From Polyangiaceae bacterium (GTDB lineage Bacteria > Myxococcota_A > Polyangia > Polyangiales > Polyangiaceae), in NCBI GenBank assembly GCA_044222475.1, contig JBGANF010000050.1, positions 1 to 49,547 of the forward strand: 49,547 nucleotides of DNA, in the 5' to 3' direction. Each line of letters begins with the position of its first letter. The stretch's first letter is position 1. Under the pieces are notes generated by a model, which saw only the letters and a program-made list of their open reading frames with translations, ran no database searches and was not told where the DNA came from. The translations under genes and the position numbers were made by a program. This document shows, one piece after another, positions 46,532 through 49,547 of this stretch.

Positions 46532-47509
46532 TCATCGCGACGCGAACACCCCGTCGGTTCCCACGGCCCACGTCCCCAGGGTGGAGAACACCACGCCTTC
46601 GAGGTCACCGTGGAGGCCCGTGCGTTCGTCGGCGAACGTCGCGCTCGTCGCGGCGCCTCGCCCGACGGCGACCCACGTCGTGTTGCCGTAGTACGACGCG
46701 ATCGCGAGGTAGTCGGCCGTACCATCGTGGGACACGGCGAACTTCGCCGACGGGTCGGCCCGCTGGACGACGACGCCGTGGTCGCCCACCGCGATGACCT
46801 TGCTGCCGTCGCACGTGACCGCGCGAAGGTTCTCGGTCGTGCCCGAGTCGACCCGCTCGACTCCCATGAGCGTGAGGCGCAGCAGCGTGCCTCGATCTCC
46901 GACGATCCACGTCTCGGTCATCGCCGCGCACATCCCGCGGAGCGCCTCCGTCGTGGGGCTCTTCTCCGGGGCGAGCGCTTCCGCATCGAGCGCAGCGCCT
47001 CGGACGATCGTGCCACCATCGCCGGCGGCGACGACGCCGAACGCGGAGAGACGGACCGCGCGGAGCGCCACCTTCGTCCCGCTCGCCAGCGGGCGAAATC
47101 CGGCGCTCTTGCCGTCGAGCGCCACGACCGTCCCGTCGTCGCCGGTCGCCACCACGCGATCTCCGAGGACCGACACCGCCCGAAGGTTCGCCGTCGTCTT
47201 CGAGTCGACCGTCGACCAGACGTCTTCCGCCGCGTGACGGCGCATCACGGTCCCGTGATCGCCCACCGCGTAGAGCACGTCGACGCCGTCGGCTATCGCG
47301 TGGAGCGGAGCCTTCACCGGCAGCGGGACCGACGTCCACCGCGCGGAGCTGCCTCCCGGCTGCGCGAACGAAACCGGTGTCGAGCTCTGCACCGGCGTCG
47401 AGTGATCGGCCGGCGGTCGCGAAGCGATCCACGCGGCGAGCCCGGAGGCGAGCACCGTCGCTCCGAGGATGGGAAACAACCAGCGGGGGAGCTTCTGCTC
47501 GCCGCTCAC
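46532..47509 (-). CDS. Ycf48/BNR-like beta-propeller protein with N-terminal anchor
   Basis: Repeated L.AV...AVGDxGT motifs. Confidence 0.75.
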   Translation of the reverse strand: MSGEQKLPRWLFPILGATVLASGLAAWIASRPPADHSTPVQSSTPVSFAQPGGSSARWTSVPLPVKAPLHAIADGVDVLYAVGDHGTVMRRHAAEDVWSTVDSKTTANLRAVSVLGDRVVATGDDGTVVALDGKSAGFRPLASGTKVALRAVRLSAFGVVAAGDGGTIVRGAALDAEALAPEKSPTTEALRGMCAAMTETWIVGDRGTLLRLTLMGVERVDSGTTENLRAVTCDGSKVIAVGDHGVVVQRADPSAKFAVSHDGTADYLAIASYYGNTTWVAVGRGAATSATFADERTGLHGDLEGVVFSTLGTWAVGTDGVFASR

Positions 47510-48120
47510 GGCGCCGCCTTCGGGGGCTTCTTCCGCAGGGCGATCGTGTCGATCGGCTTCGGGCACTCGCGTCGAAGCTTGCAGGATGCACACTCTTTGC
47601 CGCGCCAGATCGCGTCGAAGCGGGCCTGGGCCCAGTCGAGGAGGATGTCGTCGTCGGTGAGGAAGCCGATCTCGAAGTTGCGCCGCCCGTCGCCCTTGGC
47701 GCCCAGCCCGGCGCCGGTGAAGTTGGCGCTGCCGAGGTACAGCGCGCGCCCGTCGACCGCGATCATCTTGAGGTGCACCCGCGGGCAGTGACGCATCTCG
47801 ACGCCGGTCTTTCCCGTCGCGGTCAAGCGCGCGAGCTGAGCGCGGAACGGCCCCGAGGGATTGGCGCCATGCAGGATGCGCACCTCCACGCCTCTCCGCA
47901 CGAGGTCGCGCAGGTTCTCCAGCATCGACACGTAGCGTCCGCGCGCGCGCGCCGTCGTCCCGATGGGCGCTTCGACGTGCATGTCCTTCACGTTCGCCGT
48001 GCCGATCCACACGCTCGTCTGCGCCTTCAGCACCGTCGACACGACGAGCTCGTCGTAGTGCTCGCGATCGGAGAGGACGCTCACTCGTGCGCTGCGGTTC
48101 TTCGGCGATCGCTCGGCCAC
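47506..48120 (-). CDS. Single-HKD phospholipase D / nuclease family protein
   Basis: VHLKMIAVDG...GSANFT...NFEIG; C-terminal CASCKLRREC. Start uncertain. Confidence 0.85.
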   Translation of the reverse strand: MAERSPKNRSARVSVLSDREHYDELVVSTVLKAQTSVWIGTANVKDMHVEAPIGTTARARGRYVSMLENLRDLVRRGVEVRILHGANPSGPFRAQLARLTATGKTGVEMRHCPRVHLKMIAVDGRALYLGSANFTGAGLGAKGDGRRNFEIGFLTDDDILLDWAQARFDAIWRGKECASCKLRRECPKPIDTIALRKKPPKAAP

Positions 48121-48159
48121 TGAGGTCGAGGATACCGCACGCAGTGCTATTCTCGGGAC

Positions 48160-49449
48160 ATGGCGCGCGCGGTCCACCTCCTTCCTCTCGTCCTCGCACT
48201 CTCGGCCTGCAGCGATGACCCTCCGGTCACGCCCAGCGGCGACGCCGGCGCCGACGTCGGGATCCCGAACGACGGTGCGATCCCGCTCCCCGACGGGAGC
48301 CTCCCGCCGGACGCCTCGGTCGCGTCGAAGGCGCGCGCCTTCACCGAGAAGCTCGGTCCGAAGCACGCCGGGCACTTTCTCGTCGGCGTCGGCAACGACG
48401 GCACGAACGACGGCAACGACGACGCCTACAAGCTCGGCGTCACGCTCGACCTCCACTACCACTACATGGTCGGGCTCTCGACCGAGGGCGGTTGGCCCAC
48501 GTGGAACCAGAACCCGGACTACGTCGGCAAGCGCATCGCCGAGGCGAAGGCGCACGATCAGATCCCGATGATCACCTACTACTGCATGGCGGCCCACGGC
48601 GACCGGAACCTGTCGGTGCTCACCGACACGGCGTACATGACGACCTACTTCAAGGACTTCCTCCAGATGGTCGCGAGCGTGAAGGCCGCGAACAGCCCGG
48701 TGCTCGTCCACGACGAGCCCGACTTCTGGGGCTACATGCTCCAAGAGACGACGAAGAACGGCGGCGACCCGACGAAGCTCAAGGTCCTCGTGAGCACGTC
48801 GGGCGCGCCCGAGTGCGCCGGCGAGCCGGAGAACGTCGTGGGCCTCGCGCGCTGCAAGCTGAAGATCTACCGAACGCGGGCGCCGAACGCGCTCGTCGGG
48901 TTCCACGCCTCCGTGTGGGGCACCAACATCGACACGGGCAAGAACCGAAACCCCTCGGTCGACGTCGTCGCCGAGGCGAACAAGGCGGTCGCGTTCTTCA
49001 AGACGACCGGACTCGATCTCGCGGACTACGTCGCGACCGACGTCTCCGATCGCGACGCCGGTTGCTACGAGGTCAACCACCAGCCGATGTGCAACTGCGT
49101 GAAGACGACGACCTACCAGTGCGACGACTTCTACTGGGACGAGTCGAACCAGAAGCTGCCCCATTTCAAGCAGCACTTCACCTGGGCGAAGGCCCTGACC
49201 GATGGCATCAAGCTCCCGCTCGTGTGGTGGCAGATCCCCTACGGCTCGCCGAGCAACACCCCCGGCGGCGCGGTCGGCGCCTACCGTGACAACCGCGTCC
49301 ACTACTTCTTCGCCCACGTCGACGAGCTGATCGCGGCTGGCGGGGTCGGCGCCGTCTGGGGCACCGGAGCGGGCGACCAGAGCTATTCGACCCCGGAATT
49401 CAAGGCCGCGGTGACGAAGTACTTTGCGGCCCCAACCGCGCTACCTTAG
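48160..49449 (+). CDS. Lipoprotein, putative glycoside-hydrolase-like TIM barrel
   Basis: LALSAC lipobox; LVHDEPDFWGY, DVSDRDAG, WWQIP. Confidence 0.6.
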   Translation: MARAVHLLPLVLALSACSDDPPVTPSGDAGADVGIPNDGAIPLPDGSLPPDASVASKARAFTEKLGPKHAGHFLVGVGNDGTNDGNDDAYKLGVTLDLHYHYMVGLSTEGGWPTWNQNPDYVGKRIAEAKAHDQIPMITYYCMAAHGDRNLSVLTDTAYMTTYFKDFLQMVASVKAANSPVLVHDEPDFWGYMLQETTKNGGDPTKLKVLVSTSGAPECAGEPENVVGLARCKLKIYRTRAPNALVGFHASVWGTNIDTGKNRNPSVDVVAEANKAVAFFKTTGLDLADYVATDVSDRDAGCYEVNHQPMCNCVKTTTYQCDDFYWDESNQKLPHFKQHFTWAKALTDGIKLPLVWWQIPYGSPSNTPGGAVGAYRDNRVHYFFAHVDELIAAGGVGAVWGTGAGDQSYSTPEFKAAVTKYFAAPTALP

Positions 49450-49471
49450 AGGGGTAGGTAGAGGCATCTTC

Positions 49472-49547
49472 ATGGACGGCAAACAGCGACTCATCGAGAC
49501 CATCCGGGGCTCGATCATCGGCGACGATCAGGTGCTCAGCGGCGCCT
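49472..49547 (+). CDS. Start of a probable class-V aminotransferase-fold protein (truncated by window)
   Basis: MDGKQRLIETIRGSIIGDDQVL resembles the N-terminus of that family; only 25 codons visible. Confidence 0.45.
   Translation, partial: MDGKQRLIETIRGSIIGDDQVLSGA

Noticed and set aside
47506..48120. PLD nuclease as part of an anti-phage system
   Set aside because: No helicase, methylase or other defence partner nearby.

Overview
High-GC (Myxococcota, Polyangiales/Labilithrix-like by inference from lipoprotein-rich content, DAG/DGG linkers and sigma-54 promoters) chromosomal window with about 55 CDSs and no recognisable rRNA, tRNA or CRISPR array. Housekeeping genes: hpf, a LOG-family protein, pxpABC, a cyclophilin, an OmpR two-component pair, fadN and a thiolase. 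The most unusual signal is a family of intergenic hexamer microsatellites (consensus NGCTTC, four arrays). Two of them flank, in inverted orientation, a cassette made of a palindrome, a strongly structured leader, a four-helix-bundle (Avd/IVP-like) gene and a hairpin (24117-24942). A third array abuts one of two HUH/Y1 (RAYT-like) transposase genes. A fourth fills the gap after a macrodomain-kinase-Thg1-like RNA-repair trio. A gene-less inverted hexamer element of a different unit lies at 44333-44446. Other candidates: a divergently sigma-54-driven trio of CxxCH lipoproteins; a methyltransferase-PAP2-Lgt fusion with radical SAM and CrtC-like genes; and an ~18 kb accessory block separating fadN from the thiolase. 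All family calls are by motif recognition only; no database searches were run.
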